From positions 1 to 64,000 of IMG/VR virus record IMGVR_UViG_3300021387_001083: a stretch of 64,000 bases of DNA. One strand, 5' to 3'. Below, piece after piece: positions 8,661 to 16,550 of this stretch; positions within the stretch are counted from its first letter, which is position 1; each line of letters begins with the position of its first letter. A model generated the notes under the pieces. It was given only the letters and a program-made list of their open reading frames with translations, searched no databases and was not told where the DNA came from. Position numbers and translations under genes: made by a program. Source of the DNA: a virus (lineage: Duplodnaviria; Caudoviricetes).

Positions 8661-8668
8661 TATCTTTG
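8661..8668 (+). promoter_or_regulatory. Bacteroidota sigma-A -7 element (TATCTTTG) upstream of 8717
   Basis: Matches the TAnnTTTG consensus in an intergenic gap. A 12-bp palindrome GAAAAGCTTTTC follows at 8674-8685. Confidence 0.6.
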
Positions 8669-8716
8669 TATTCGAAAAGCTTTTCAAGAATTATTTACAA
8701 TTAATTTTTTAAAACT

Positions 8717-9706
8717 ATGGATGCAGAGAAAACAACTCAAGTTTACAATTTTCCAAGTGGAGCCAATGACAGTCTGATGCCGATAATTTCGATGTTAAGA
8801 AACAACGGCGTCGATGCTGCAACTCTTGCTGCCCTTAACAACAACAACCTTTTAGGTGGCGGTGACGGTTTACTGGCTCTGATCATATTGTTTGCAATAT
8901 TTGGTGGTAATTTTGGTGGTTTTGGTTTTGGTGGCAATGGTCGTGGTGCTTTGAATATGCTCAATACCGATTATGGTGTACAGACTATTATGAATGCCCT
9001 TACTGGAACATCAAATGATATTTCCAATCTAGCAAACGCTTTAAATATTTCTACCAACCAGGTACAGAATGGTATCAATTCTGTAAATACCAATATTTTA
9101 GGTATTGGTAATCAGCTTGGTCTTACTGGTCAGCAAGTGATTAACGCTATTCAAAGCGGCAATATGAGCCTTAGCACTCAATTATGTCAATGCTGCTGCG
9201 ACAATAGACTGGCTATGGCTGAACAGACTAATGCTCTTCAGAGCAACTTAGCAGCTCATGACGCTAATGTCAGACTTCAGCTTGCAGAACTGAATGGCGA
9301 GGACAAACTTGCTATTTGCGAGCAGACTAACCAACTTGGCAGTCAAGCTGATAGAAATACCAACAGTGTTCTGAGTGCAATAGCTGCACAGAGTGTTATG
9401 ATTAACGATAAATTCTGTGATCTCGAAAAACGTGAACTGCAGAATAAGATTGATGCTCTCAGCAATGCTAATACGACTTTGAAAGGTCAGATAGACAATG
9501 CAAATCAGACTGCTGCTATAAATACTTATGTGGCATCGTTGGTTACACCTATTCAGAATGAAGTTACCAGCATAAAGGCTTCCATGCCTAACACAGTTCC
9601 TGTGCAGTGGCCTAATTTGACTGCTGTTAATACTACTCCCTATGTCAGTGGTGGTTTCTATTATGGCAACAACTATGGCTGGGGCAACAATGGCTATTGG
9701 TCATAA
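8717..9706 (+). CDS. Conserved gut-phage hypothetical protein: Gly-rich TM segment, coiled coil and QCCC motif
   Basis: 329 aa containing GLLALIILFAIFGGNFGGFGFGG, Asn/Gln-rich heptads, LCQCCCDNRL and KFCDLEKRELQNKID. Confidence 0.55.
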   Translation: MDAEKTTQVYNFPSGANDSLMPIISMLRNNGVDAATLAALNNNNLLGGGDGLLALIILFAIFGGNFGGFGFGGNGRGALNMLNTDYGVQTIMNALTGTSNDISNLANALNISTNQVQNGINSVNTNILGIGNQLGLTGQQVINAIQSGNMSLSTQLCQCCCDNRLAMAEQTNALQSNLAAHDANVRLQLAELNGEDKLAICEQTNQLGSQADRNTNSVLSAIAAQSVMINDKFCDLEKRELQNKIDALSNANTTLKGQIDNANQTAAINTYVASLVTPIQNEVTSIKASMPNTVPVQWPNLTAVNTTPYVSGGFYYGNNYGWGNNGYWS

Positions 9707-9716
9707 GGAGGTACTT

Positions 9717-10055
9717 ATGTGTGGAAATACTCGTTTTTTGAATGGTAGACTGGGCGTCCCTTATCTTAATACAACTTCGGTATCTGTTACAGACACTCAG
9801 GTTGTTTTTACTTTAGAGCCGTCAAGATATAATTTCAGAACTTTTATAGGAGGTATATATATCAATGTCAATGATACTTTTACAGCTCCTGGTACAGCAG
9901 TGCCTGTGTTGTTTAAATTCAGTGATATGTTTGGTTTTCATACCGTTGAAGTTCTTGACGCTACAGGGGCTGCTATGACAACTGACGATTTCACCGGTAC
10001 TGGTGTTAGATTTATGTTTTTAAACGGTGCTAATGACACTATCCAAATATTGTAA
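9717..10055 (+). CDS. Hypothetical beta-rich protein (likely start ATG 9717)
   Basis: ATG 9717 is preceded by TAAGGAGGT overlapping the upstream stop codon. The protein begins MCGNTRFLNGRLGVPYLNTTSV. Confidence 0.55.
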   Translation: MCGNTRFLNGRLGVPYLNTTSVSVTDTQVVFTLEPSRYNFRTFIGGIYINVNDTFTAPGTAVPVLFKFSDMFGFHTVEVLDATGAAMTTDDFTGTGVRFMFLNGANDTIQIL

Positions 10056-10060
10056 TTGCC

Positions 10061-10546
10061 ATGTTTAGTTTATTGAGACAAAACAGCCCTGTCTATATAT
10101 TGGACAAGGGTGCCGAACCTTCATTGAAAGTAGGTACTGTAATAAATACCACACCGAGGATAGGCACATATCAGAACGCATTCAACAATACTATAGATAT
10201 AGAAGTGCAAGTTGGTGACACTGTTTCGAAGTTTAACCAACTTCCTTCTAATATGTCCAAAACATATTATAACAATTCTATTGTTGTTGCATCTGAAAAA
10301 GAAGCAATGCTTACTGAAGTTGAAAACTTTATAAAAAACAGTAAACAAGTGCTTGACAGCATCCCTTATCATAACAAGGTTGTTGAATCAGGCGAGAAAA
10401 TGCTTCTTGAACTAAATCCTCAGATTGCTAAGGAAAAGGCTAATGAAGAAAAGATAAACAAGCTTGAGGATAAAGTTTCAAACATAGACAACAGGCTTGG
10501 TACAATGATGGATATGTTATCAAAGGCTTTACAAAAGGAAGAATAA
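10061..10546 (+). CDS. Hypothetical protein with C-terminal coiled coil
   Basis: 161-aa ORF in a tightly packed operon (MFSLLRQNSPVYILDK...EEKINKLEDKVSNIDNRL). Confidence 0.55.
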   Translation: MFSLLRQNSPVYILDKGAEPSLKVGTVINTTPRIGTYQNAFNNTIDIEVQVGDTVSKFNQLPSNMSKTYYNNSIVVASEKEAMLTEVENFIKNSKQVLDSIPYHNKVVESGEKMLLELNPQIAKEKANEEKINKLEDKVSNIDNRLGTMMDMLSKALQKEE

Positions 10547-10547
10547 T

Positions 10548-10775
10548 ATGACAATCATGGAAACTACTGAAGTAATGAAGTACGCTTCGGACAAAATCGC
10601 TGAAGCAATATCTCTTATGAAAGAAGCCAAGGAATGTGTAATGGAATATGAAAAAGAAAATTACGCAGAACGTCGTGGCTCTATGCGAATGAGAGGTAAA
10701 TATGGCAAGCTCTCTTATAGATATGGTGATATGGATGACTATGATGATGAGCTTCCGAGAAATAGAAGATATTAA
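10548..10775 (+). CDS. Small hypothetical protein with a charged, Arg-rich C-terminus
   Basis: 75 aa (ERRGSMRMRG...PRNRRY), followed by a terminator. Confidence 0.5.
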   Translation: MTIMETTEVMKYASDKIAEAISLMKEAKECVMEYEKENYAERRGSMRMRGKYGKLSYRYGDMDDYDDELPRNRRY

Positions 10776-10781
10776 TCATTC

Positions 10782-10813
10782 AAGCAGGGAGCCTTAAAAC
10801 TTCCTGCTTTTTT
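10782..10813 (+). terminator. Rho-independent terminator
   Basis: AAGCAGGGAG-ccttaaaa-CTTCCTGCTT followed by a T-run. Confidence 0.75.
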
Positions 10814-10826
10814 AATATATAAAATT

Positions 10827-11240
10827 ATGAAAAGAACCAAGACGTCTCTAGATAATTATGATATAATACCTGAAGATATGGAACAATATCTCAGAAATTA
10901 CGGCAAACATTTTAACAAAAAGATGTATGAGTGGGCTGTATCTATGATGTATAAGGAATCTGGTGCAAAAATAAAACCTATTTCAAAAGAAACTCTTGAA
11001 AACAAGTGTCAGCAATACAATATAAAGCTTGATAATGATTGTCTTTATGACGGTTGTTATGTATACAGCATGTGTGAAGCTGATTTCTTAGGTTCTTCCA
11101 TTGTAGACGAGATGCACAAAATGCTTTTTGTTAAAGACATGGTTGACGATCCAGATGCAGTTGATGGATTTATATTCAATAGGTTTTATTCCGATTGTTG
11201 TCTGAAAGGAGAACCTATTGATTGGGAAGGGCTCATTTAA
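10827..11240 (+). CDS. Conserved Bacteroidota-phage hypothetical protein
   Basis: 137 aa (YLRNYGKHFNKKMYEWAVSMM...DDPDAVDGFIFNRFYSDC). Its stop overlaps the next ATG (TAATG). Confidence 0.55.
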   Translation: MKRTKTSLDNYDIIPEDMEQYLRNYGKHFNKKMYEWAVSMMYKESGAKIKPISKETLENKCQQYNIKLDNDCLYDGCYVYSMCEADFLGSSIVDEMHKMLFVKDMVDDPDAVDGFIFNRFYSDCCLKGEPIDWEGLI

Positions 11241-11638
11241 TGGAAAGTCATGATGTTTATATTGACGACTACGATTGGTATTTAAGAATATATTATGATT
11301 TTAACAGAGAATATATTGACGAACTGGAATTGTTTATGAGATTGAATGATTTCAGTTATGAATCGATATACAAAACTTGTAATTTTTTAAATACTGATTA
11401 TTTGAACAAAGGTGTTACTGTCGTAAACAAACATTCCAGAAAAGCTGTTATCGTGATCACTGAAACAACTTCTTGTGGTGAATTTTTTAATACGATGATT
11501 CATGAACTGAATCATTTGTCTGATTTTATTGCAGAGTATTATGGTATAGCGCCTTCAGGAGAAGATGTTTCATACATGATAGGAAATATAGGAATGTTAT
11601 TGTTTCCTGAAGCAGGTAAATTTTTATGCAGGTATTAA
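11240..11638 (+). CDS. Small HExxH protein (zincin-like, putative metallopeptidase); likely start 11240
   Basis: FFNTMIHELNHLSDFIAEYYGI...GEDVSYMIG contains HExxH with a downstream E. There is a TAATG overlap at 11238-11242. Confidence 0.5.
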   Translation: MESHDVYIDDYDWYLRIYYDFNREYIDELELFMRLNDFSYESIYKTCNFLNTDYLNKGVTVVNKHSRKAVIVITETTSCGEFFNTMIHELNHLSDFIAEYYGIAPSGEDVSYMIGNIGMLLFPEAGKFLCRY

Positions 11639-11652
11639 TTTAATTTTATAAA

Positions 11653-12039
11653 ATGGAATTTAATTTTGTAGAAATTATTTTAGCTATAATAGCTATAATC
11701 AGTTCCGTAGTTGCCCATTTATTGACAAAACGAAAATACAATGGGGAAATTGCCAAATTGAAAGCCGAAACAGACAGCGACAATATTGACAATATGGACA
11801 AATCTCTGGATTTTTATGAAAAACTCACAGAATCCACAAACAAAAGACTTGACGAAGTTCTCAAAAATCAAGAAAGTATTGTCAATGAGAATGTTCAACT
11901 GAAAGGGCAGATTGCAAATATCAATAGCAAGCTTATTCAATTGACAGCTATTGTATGTACAAAATTGTCCTGTGCTTATAGGGAAGTGGATGACGACATT
12001 GTAAAATGTGTATATCCAAAAGAAGAAACAAATAATTAA
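11653..12039 (+). CDS. N-terminally membrane-anchored coiled-coil protein (possibly lysis-related)
   Basis: TM helix FVEIILAIIAIISSVVAHLL, then KRKY, a coiled coil, and a C-terminal CTKLSC. Confidence 0.5.
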   Translation: MEFNFVEIILAIIAIISSVVAHLLTKRKYNGEIAKLKAETDSDNIDNMDKSLDFYEKLTESTNKRLDEVLKNQESIVNENVQLKGQIANINSKLIQLTAIVCTKLSCAYREVDDDIVKCVYPKEETNN

Positions 12040-12046
12040 TTGTTTT

Positions 12047-12077
12047 AAGGAGAGTGATATAATCATTCTCCTTTTTT
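12047..12077 (+). terminator. Rho-independent terminator
   Basis: AAGGAGAGTGAT-ata-ATCATTCTCCTT followed by TTTT. Confidence 0.75.
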
Positions 12078-12128
12078 GTTTTATATTAAATTAAAATACT
12101 TTTCTTTTTATGACAATTTTTCTTTTTG

Positions 12129-12161
12129 TTTGATTTTTAACGAAAAAGTTTTGTATTTTTG
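12129..12161 (+). promoter_or_regulatory. Bacteroidota-type promoter (-33 TTTG / -7 TATTTTTG) for the head operon
   Basis: TTTG at 12129-12132, a 21-nt spacer, then TATTTTTG at 12154-12161. Confidence 0.65.
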
Positions 12162-12185
12162 CAAAAAAATTTTAGGAGAAATTTT

Positions 12186-13301
12186 ATGGAAGAAGAATTT
12201 GTAAATTTAGGTTTTCTTAACGACAGCGAAATCGAAGAAATGTTCCGAGATGTGCAAGACTCCGAAGAAACTGACAATAATGAAAACAATGACAATCCTA
12301 ATTCTGAAGAAACTGAAGAGTCTTCAGAAGAGAAAACAACAGACAATGAGAAAGACAATGGAGAAATACATGAGACGAAGGACACTGAACCCATAACTAC
12401 GGAGTCTCCTAATAATAATTCTTCCATTGCTCTAGCTCTTATGGATGTAGGTGTTCTTCAAACTCATGATAAGGAAAGGCTTGAAGCTATACAGACTACT
12501 GAAGAACTTGCTGATATTTTTGAAGAGGAAGTTCAAAACAGACTTGATGAACATTCAAGACGTATAGATGAAGCTTTGAAATATCGTATGGAAATTCCTG
12601 CAATACAGAGATTTGAAAACACGATTAAATTTCTTGACTCTATTACCGAGGAAAAAATAGAAGAAGAGAACGATGAAGCTGAAAACATAAGACGTAATCT
12701 TATATATCAGAATTATATCAATAGGAATTTTTCTGATGAAGAAGCTCAGGATATGGTTGAAAGATCATTTTCTGAAGGCAATGATGTCAAAGATGCCAAA
12801 AAGGCTTTGGACTCTTGTAAGCGTTATTATAACAAAGCTTATAATGATGAAGTTGCAAATGCTAAAGCTGAATATGCAAAGCATCAAAAGGCAGTTGAGG
12901 AACAGGCAAAAAAGCTTAAAGATTCAATCCTTAACGACAAAGAGATGTTTGAGCAACTTGACATTAATAAAGCGACACGTCAGAAGATATATGAAGCTGT
13001 TTCAAAGCCCAGTGAAAGGGATGAAAATGGCAACACTATGACGAAATTGCAAAAATATATCAAAGAGAATCCTACAGACTTTTACAAAACAGTGGGTATG
13101 TTCTATGTGCTTACAGATGGGTTTAAGAAAATAGATAACCTTATTAAGGGACCTGTTAAAAAAGAAGTCAAAAAAGGTATTGACAGATTATCCAATGTGA
13201 TTGACAATACTTCGAGGAATTCAGACGGTTCATTCAAATTAAGAAACAGTGTGACTGCAGACAATGAACCTATTGATATATATTCTTGGAATTTAGGTTA
13301 A
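12186..13301 (+). CDS. crAss-like capsid-block protein directly upstream of MCP (putative scaffolding protein); likely start ATG 12186
   Basis: Very acidic N-terminus and a helical/coiled-coil body. AGGAG lies upstream of ATG 12186, and the gene sits immediately 5' of the MCP. Confidence 0.65.
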   Translation: MEEEFVNLGFLNDSEIEEMFRDVQDSEETDNNENNDNPNSEETEESSEEKTTDNEKDNGEIHETKDTEPITTESPNNNSSIALALMDVGVLQTHDKERLEAIQTTEELADIFEEEVQNRLDEHSRRIDEALKYRMEIPAIQRFENTIKFLDSITEEKIEEENDEAENIRRNLIYQNYINRNFSDEEAQDMVERSFSEGNDVKDAKKALDSCKRYYNKAYNDEVANAKAEYAKHQKAVEEQAKKLKDSILNDKEMFEQLDINKATRQKIYEAVSKPSERDENGNTMTKLQKYIKENPTDFYKTVGMFYVLTDGFKKIDNLIKGPVKKEVKKGIDRLSNVIDNTSRNSDGSFKLRNSVTADNEPIDIYSWNLG

Positions 13302-13319
13302 TTTTTAAACTATATATAA

Positions 13320-14861
13320 ATGGGTCAATTAAATCATTATTTACCGAGACCTGGTTTTACCATGGGTCCTGGTGTATCTAAGATTAAGCACGTTGCAGAA
13401 ATCTTTGGCAAGGCTCCTGTACAAATGAGTGATATAGTAACCAGAATGTTCACTGCTAACAATGGTTGGCTGTTTAGTACATTTCTGAGAGACTTTACTC
13501 AGGAAAGAGTTTTTGACACTGATGATGAGTATACGTGGAAACTTATTGGTTCTACTTACAAAAATATTCCTTTACTTGAAGCAAGAGATGAAGATGGTGC
13601 TGTCATTACCAATGATGGTCAGAATTATGGTAAAGGCGGTGCTATCATACAGCTTGTGTTTCCGGAGAACTATTTCGCCGATGGTGAAGTCCTCGTAGGA
13701 GAGCTTAACGAGTATTATCAATTTAGAATTCTCGGTGATCCTACAATGGAAGGAAATACTGCAGTCTATACTTGTGAACTTATGTATGGTCAAGAGACTG
13801 GTTGCCCTGCAGAACGTCTTCAGCCTGGTGAAAGATTCAGTTGGGAATATGCTCCTGTGGAGAACGAACTCAGTAGAAAAGTGGGCGGCATAAGAAAGGC
13901 TGTTCCTACTTCGATGAGAAATGAATGGACTACTATTCGTAAGTACAACAAGTTTACTGGTGCTGCTGACAGACAGCAAAAACTTGATGTCAGTATTCCT
14001 CTTATTAGAATCAATGCACAAGGTAAAGAAGAGAAAACAGTTATTAATTCATGGTTCTCTAATGAAGAGTGGATCTTCATGCAGGAGTGGGAGCGTGAGA
14101 AAGAGAGAGCAAGACTTTATTCGAGAAGCAACCGTAATTCTAACGGTGCTTATATGAACTTTGGTAAATCTGGTAATGCCATACGTGTAGGTGATGGCCT
14201 TTTTGCACAGATGCTGTATGGTAACACCAGTTTCTACAACAACTATGGTTCTAATTTCTCGATCAAAGGGCTTGCAAATGCTGTTTACAATATTTGTGAA
14301 CAGGGTAATGTTCCTATGGACCAGCGTAACTTTGTCGTTCTGACTGGTCAGAGAGGTATGATTCAGGTTAACGAGGCAATCCGCAAGGAGACCAATGGTT
14401 GGTCTGCTCCGTTCACTTTCAATGGTGACAATCTCGGTATCATCGAGAAGACCTCGAATCCTGCTCATCAGACTTCGTTGGCTTATGGTGCACAGTTTAC
14501 TGAGTGGCGTGGTCCTAACGGTCTTGTTTTGAAATTCATTGTTGATCCTTCGTTGGACGACAGAGAGAGAAACAAGATTCCTGGTCCGAATAATCAAGGT
14601 GTTTTAAGTTCGTATGCTTATTACATTTTTGATCTTGGCACTTCGAGTGAACCTAACATGTTCCTCTGCAAACTTAGAAATGCAGATGACACTTTCAAAT
14701 ATCGTATCGGCATAAGAAATCCGTGGGGTATAACTAACAATAACATAATCAATTACGATGAAGATAGTGCAGAGATTCACGTAATGACTACGTTAGGTGC
14801 TTTAATTCTGGATCCTACCAGATGTCTGGCTTATCTACCTTCTGGTATGGTTCCTGCTTAA
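13320..14861 (+). CDS. Major capsid protein (crAss-like, HK97 fold)
   Basis: 513 aa. crAss-MCP-like motifs include DEYTWKLIG, VFPENYFADGEVLVGELNE.YQFRILGDP, RFSWEYAPVE.ELSRKVG and GDGLFAQM. Codon bias suggests high expression, and a terminator follows. Confidence 0.85.
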   Translation: MGQLNHYLPRPGFTMGPGVSKIKHVAEIFGKAPVQMSDIVTRMFTANNGWLFSTFLRDFTQERVFDTDDEYTWKLIGSTYKNIPLLEARDEDGAVITNDGQNYGKGGAIIQLVFPENYFADGEVLVGELNEYYQFRILGDPTMEGNTAVYTCELMYGQETGCPAERLQPGERFSWEYAPVENELSRKVGGIRKAVPTSMRNEWTTIRKYNKFTGAADRQQKLDVSIPLIRINAQGKEEKTVINSWFSNEEWIFMQEWEREKERARLYSRSNRNSNGAYMNFGKSGNAIRVGDGLFAQMLYGNTSFYNNYGSNFSIKGLANAVYNICEQGNVPMDQRNFVVLTGQRGMIQVNEAIRKETNGWSAPFTFNGDNLGIIEKTSNPAHQTSLAYGAQFTEWRGPNGLVLKFIVDPSLDDRERNKIPGPNNQGVLSSYAYYIFDLGTSSEPNMFLCKLRNADDTFKYRIGIRNPWGITNNNIINYDEDSAEIHVMTTLGALILDPTRCLAYLPSGMVPA

Positions 14862-14873
14862 AAATGAATATAT

Positions 14874-14899
14874 AAGGGGGAGAGTGATCTCCCCTTTTT
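14874..14899 (+). terminator. Rho-independent terminator after MCP
   Basis: AAGGGGGAGA-gtga-TCTCCCCTT followed by TTTA. Confidence 0.75.
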
Positions 14900-14917
14900 A
14901 TACTAAGGAGAAAAACA

Positions 14918-15823
14918 ATGGAAGATAAAAAGACAATAAAAAAGGTTAAAGAGGAACCTATTTATAATCCTCTTAAAAATGAAGAAGTAACAGTACGTTT
15001 AATTTTGAAAAAAAGAGGATTTGTTGATGACCCAAGAAATCCATTATTTGGTGGTCTTGCGGAAACATCACAAATTGTATTTACTGTTCCTAGGGACAGA
15101 AACGGTTCTCTTGTACGTATTTTTGACGATAACGAGGAAGCTTTCTTCGAACAGTATTTAGGCCTTCCTGATGGTGCTTTAAGCGTTTATAAGCCTACAG
15201 ACAATTATTGGGATTCGAGTAAAGAAAACTGTGTAAATTCTGTCGTTCTTACAAAGATAGATACACATCTGCATCTTAACAAATGGGAAGATTATTTTAA
15301 ATATAAAATCCTACTTGCAAATACCAATCTTATATGTCCAAGTACCAAAGAATTGGAAGATAGCCCAAAAAATACATACATGTTTGTACTTGTAAATGAA
15401 GATCAGGAAGCTGCTGCTACTGGCAGACAGGCAGATATGAAATATGAGACTTATGAAAGTTTTGGAAATTATAAAGATTCTGCAAATGCATTGAGAACGA
15501 TCATATATCTTTATGAACATAAGAGAGTATCTTCGAACACTAAGCTTGAGCTTTTAAAAGCCAAGGTGTTGTCGCTACTTGAGAGAGATACTACCAGAAT
15601 GCACGAAATTCTTACGGATAAACTTTTAGATTATAAAGTTATTATCTGTACTGGCGTTGAAAAAGGTATTATTTCTGAAATCAACGGATTTTATTACATA
15701 AAGGAAGACCATAGTCCTCTTGCAAATCCTGGTAGCGATTCCAAATTGAACAATGCTGCTGCTTATATTGCTGATCCTAAAAATCAGGATTTGCTTTTCA
15801 GTTTACAAAAACAAATTAAATAA
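14918..15823 (+). CDS. Conserved crAss-like capsid-block protein (follows MCP)
   Basis: 301 aa (LKNEEVTVRLI...LFGGLAE...DYFKYKILLAN). The position is syntenic with the crAss conserved block. Confidence 0.6.
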   Translation: MEDKKTIKKVKEEPIYNPLKNEEVTVRLILKKRGFVDDPRNPLFGGLAETSQIVFTVPRDRNGSLVRIFDDNEEAFFEQYLGLPDGALSVYKPTDNYWDSSKENCVNSVVLTKIDTHLHLNKWEDYFKYKILLANTNLICPSTKELEDSPKNTYMFVLVNEDQEAAATGRQADMKYETYESFGNYKDSANALRTIIYLYEHKRVSSNTKLELLKAKVLSLLERDTTRMHEILTDKLLDYKVIICTGVEKGIISEINGFYYIKEDHSPLANPGSDSKLNNAAAYIADPKNQDLLFSLQKQIK

Positions 15824-15845
15824 ATATTATAAATAATTGCCCTAG

Positions 15846-16520
15846 ATGACTTGTAATGAAATGCGTGAGGAGTTTAATCTTTTTTACAACAATCTCTCCT
15901 CAAACCAAGCCCCAGGATTATTGGATTATGAAATATCTGTATATCTTACTAGGGCCGAACATATGTTTGTAGACTCTGTTTATGCAGAGTATGAAAAATC
16001 AGAAGAAGCTAGAAAGAAACTTTCGGAAATAGTAATATCAAAAAAGTTATACACTACCTCATCCGGTATTGTGAATATATGTCCTGATTCTGTATGTTTT
16101 AAGTTACCTGAAGATGTCAAATACATTGTATTCGAAACCATACTTATGAATAAAAACGCCAAAAAATGCATGAAAGGTCATTCCTTGGAAGTACAACCTG
16201 TATCTCATGATGAGTTTTACAGGATTTATGGCAACCCTTTTAGGTTTAATGATCGAAGAGCGTTAAGACTTGACATTTCAAATAACGGTGACAAATATTC
16301 TGAAATAGTATGTACAGACAAGAATAACATAGATTATTATTTATTACGTTATATAAAACAACCAAGACCTATATTTTTATCTGGTTGTTCCACAAACGAT
16401 GTTATTGACGGAATAGCATTTGATTCTAATTCTGATTGGACTTGTGAGCTTAATCCTATAGTACATAGAGATATAGTTCAAATAGCTGCTAAATTAGCTT
16501 ATGCTGATTATAAAAATTAA
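15846..16520 (+). CDS. crAss-like head-tail ring/adaptor protein
   Basis: 224 aa (EFNLFYNNLSSNQAPGLLDYEISVYLTRA...YIKQPRPI...CELNPIVHRDIVQIA). Confidence 0.6.
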   Translation: MTCNEMREEFNLFYNNLSSNQAPGLLDYEISVYLTRAEHMFVDSVYAEYEKSEEARKKLSEIVISKKLYTTSSGIVNICPDSVCFKLPEDVKYIVFETILMNKNAKKCMKGHSLEVQPVSHDEFYRIYGNPFRFNDRRALRLDISNNGDKYSEIVCTDKNNIDYYLLRYIKQPRPIFLSGCSTNDVIDGIAFDSNSDWTCELNPIVHRDIVQIAAKLAYADYKN

Positions 16521-16550
16521 CTTATTGTTTAATTAAATCTTTAATTTAAA

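Noticed and set aside
12159-12185. Longer starts in the ORF track (12159, 9642, 7853, 11222, 55009)
   Set aside because: They overlap promoters or upstream genes. Downstream ATGs with better context (12186, 9717, 7895, 11240, 54898) were used instead.
14049-14597. 182-aa antisense ORF, and other antisense ORFs over the MCP, muzzle, cargo and RNAP genes
   Set aside because: These are shadow ORFs caused by strong codon bias of the sense gene, with no recognisable motifs or promoters.
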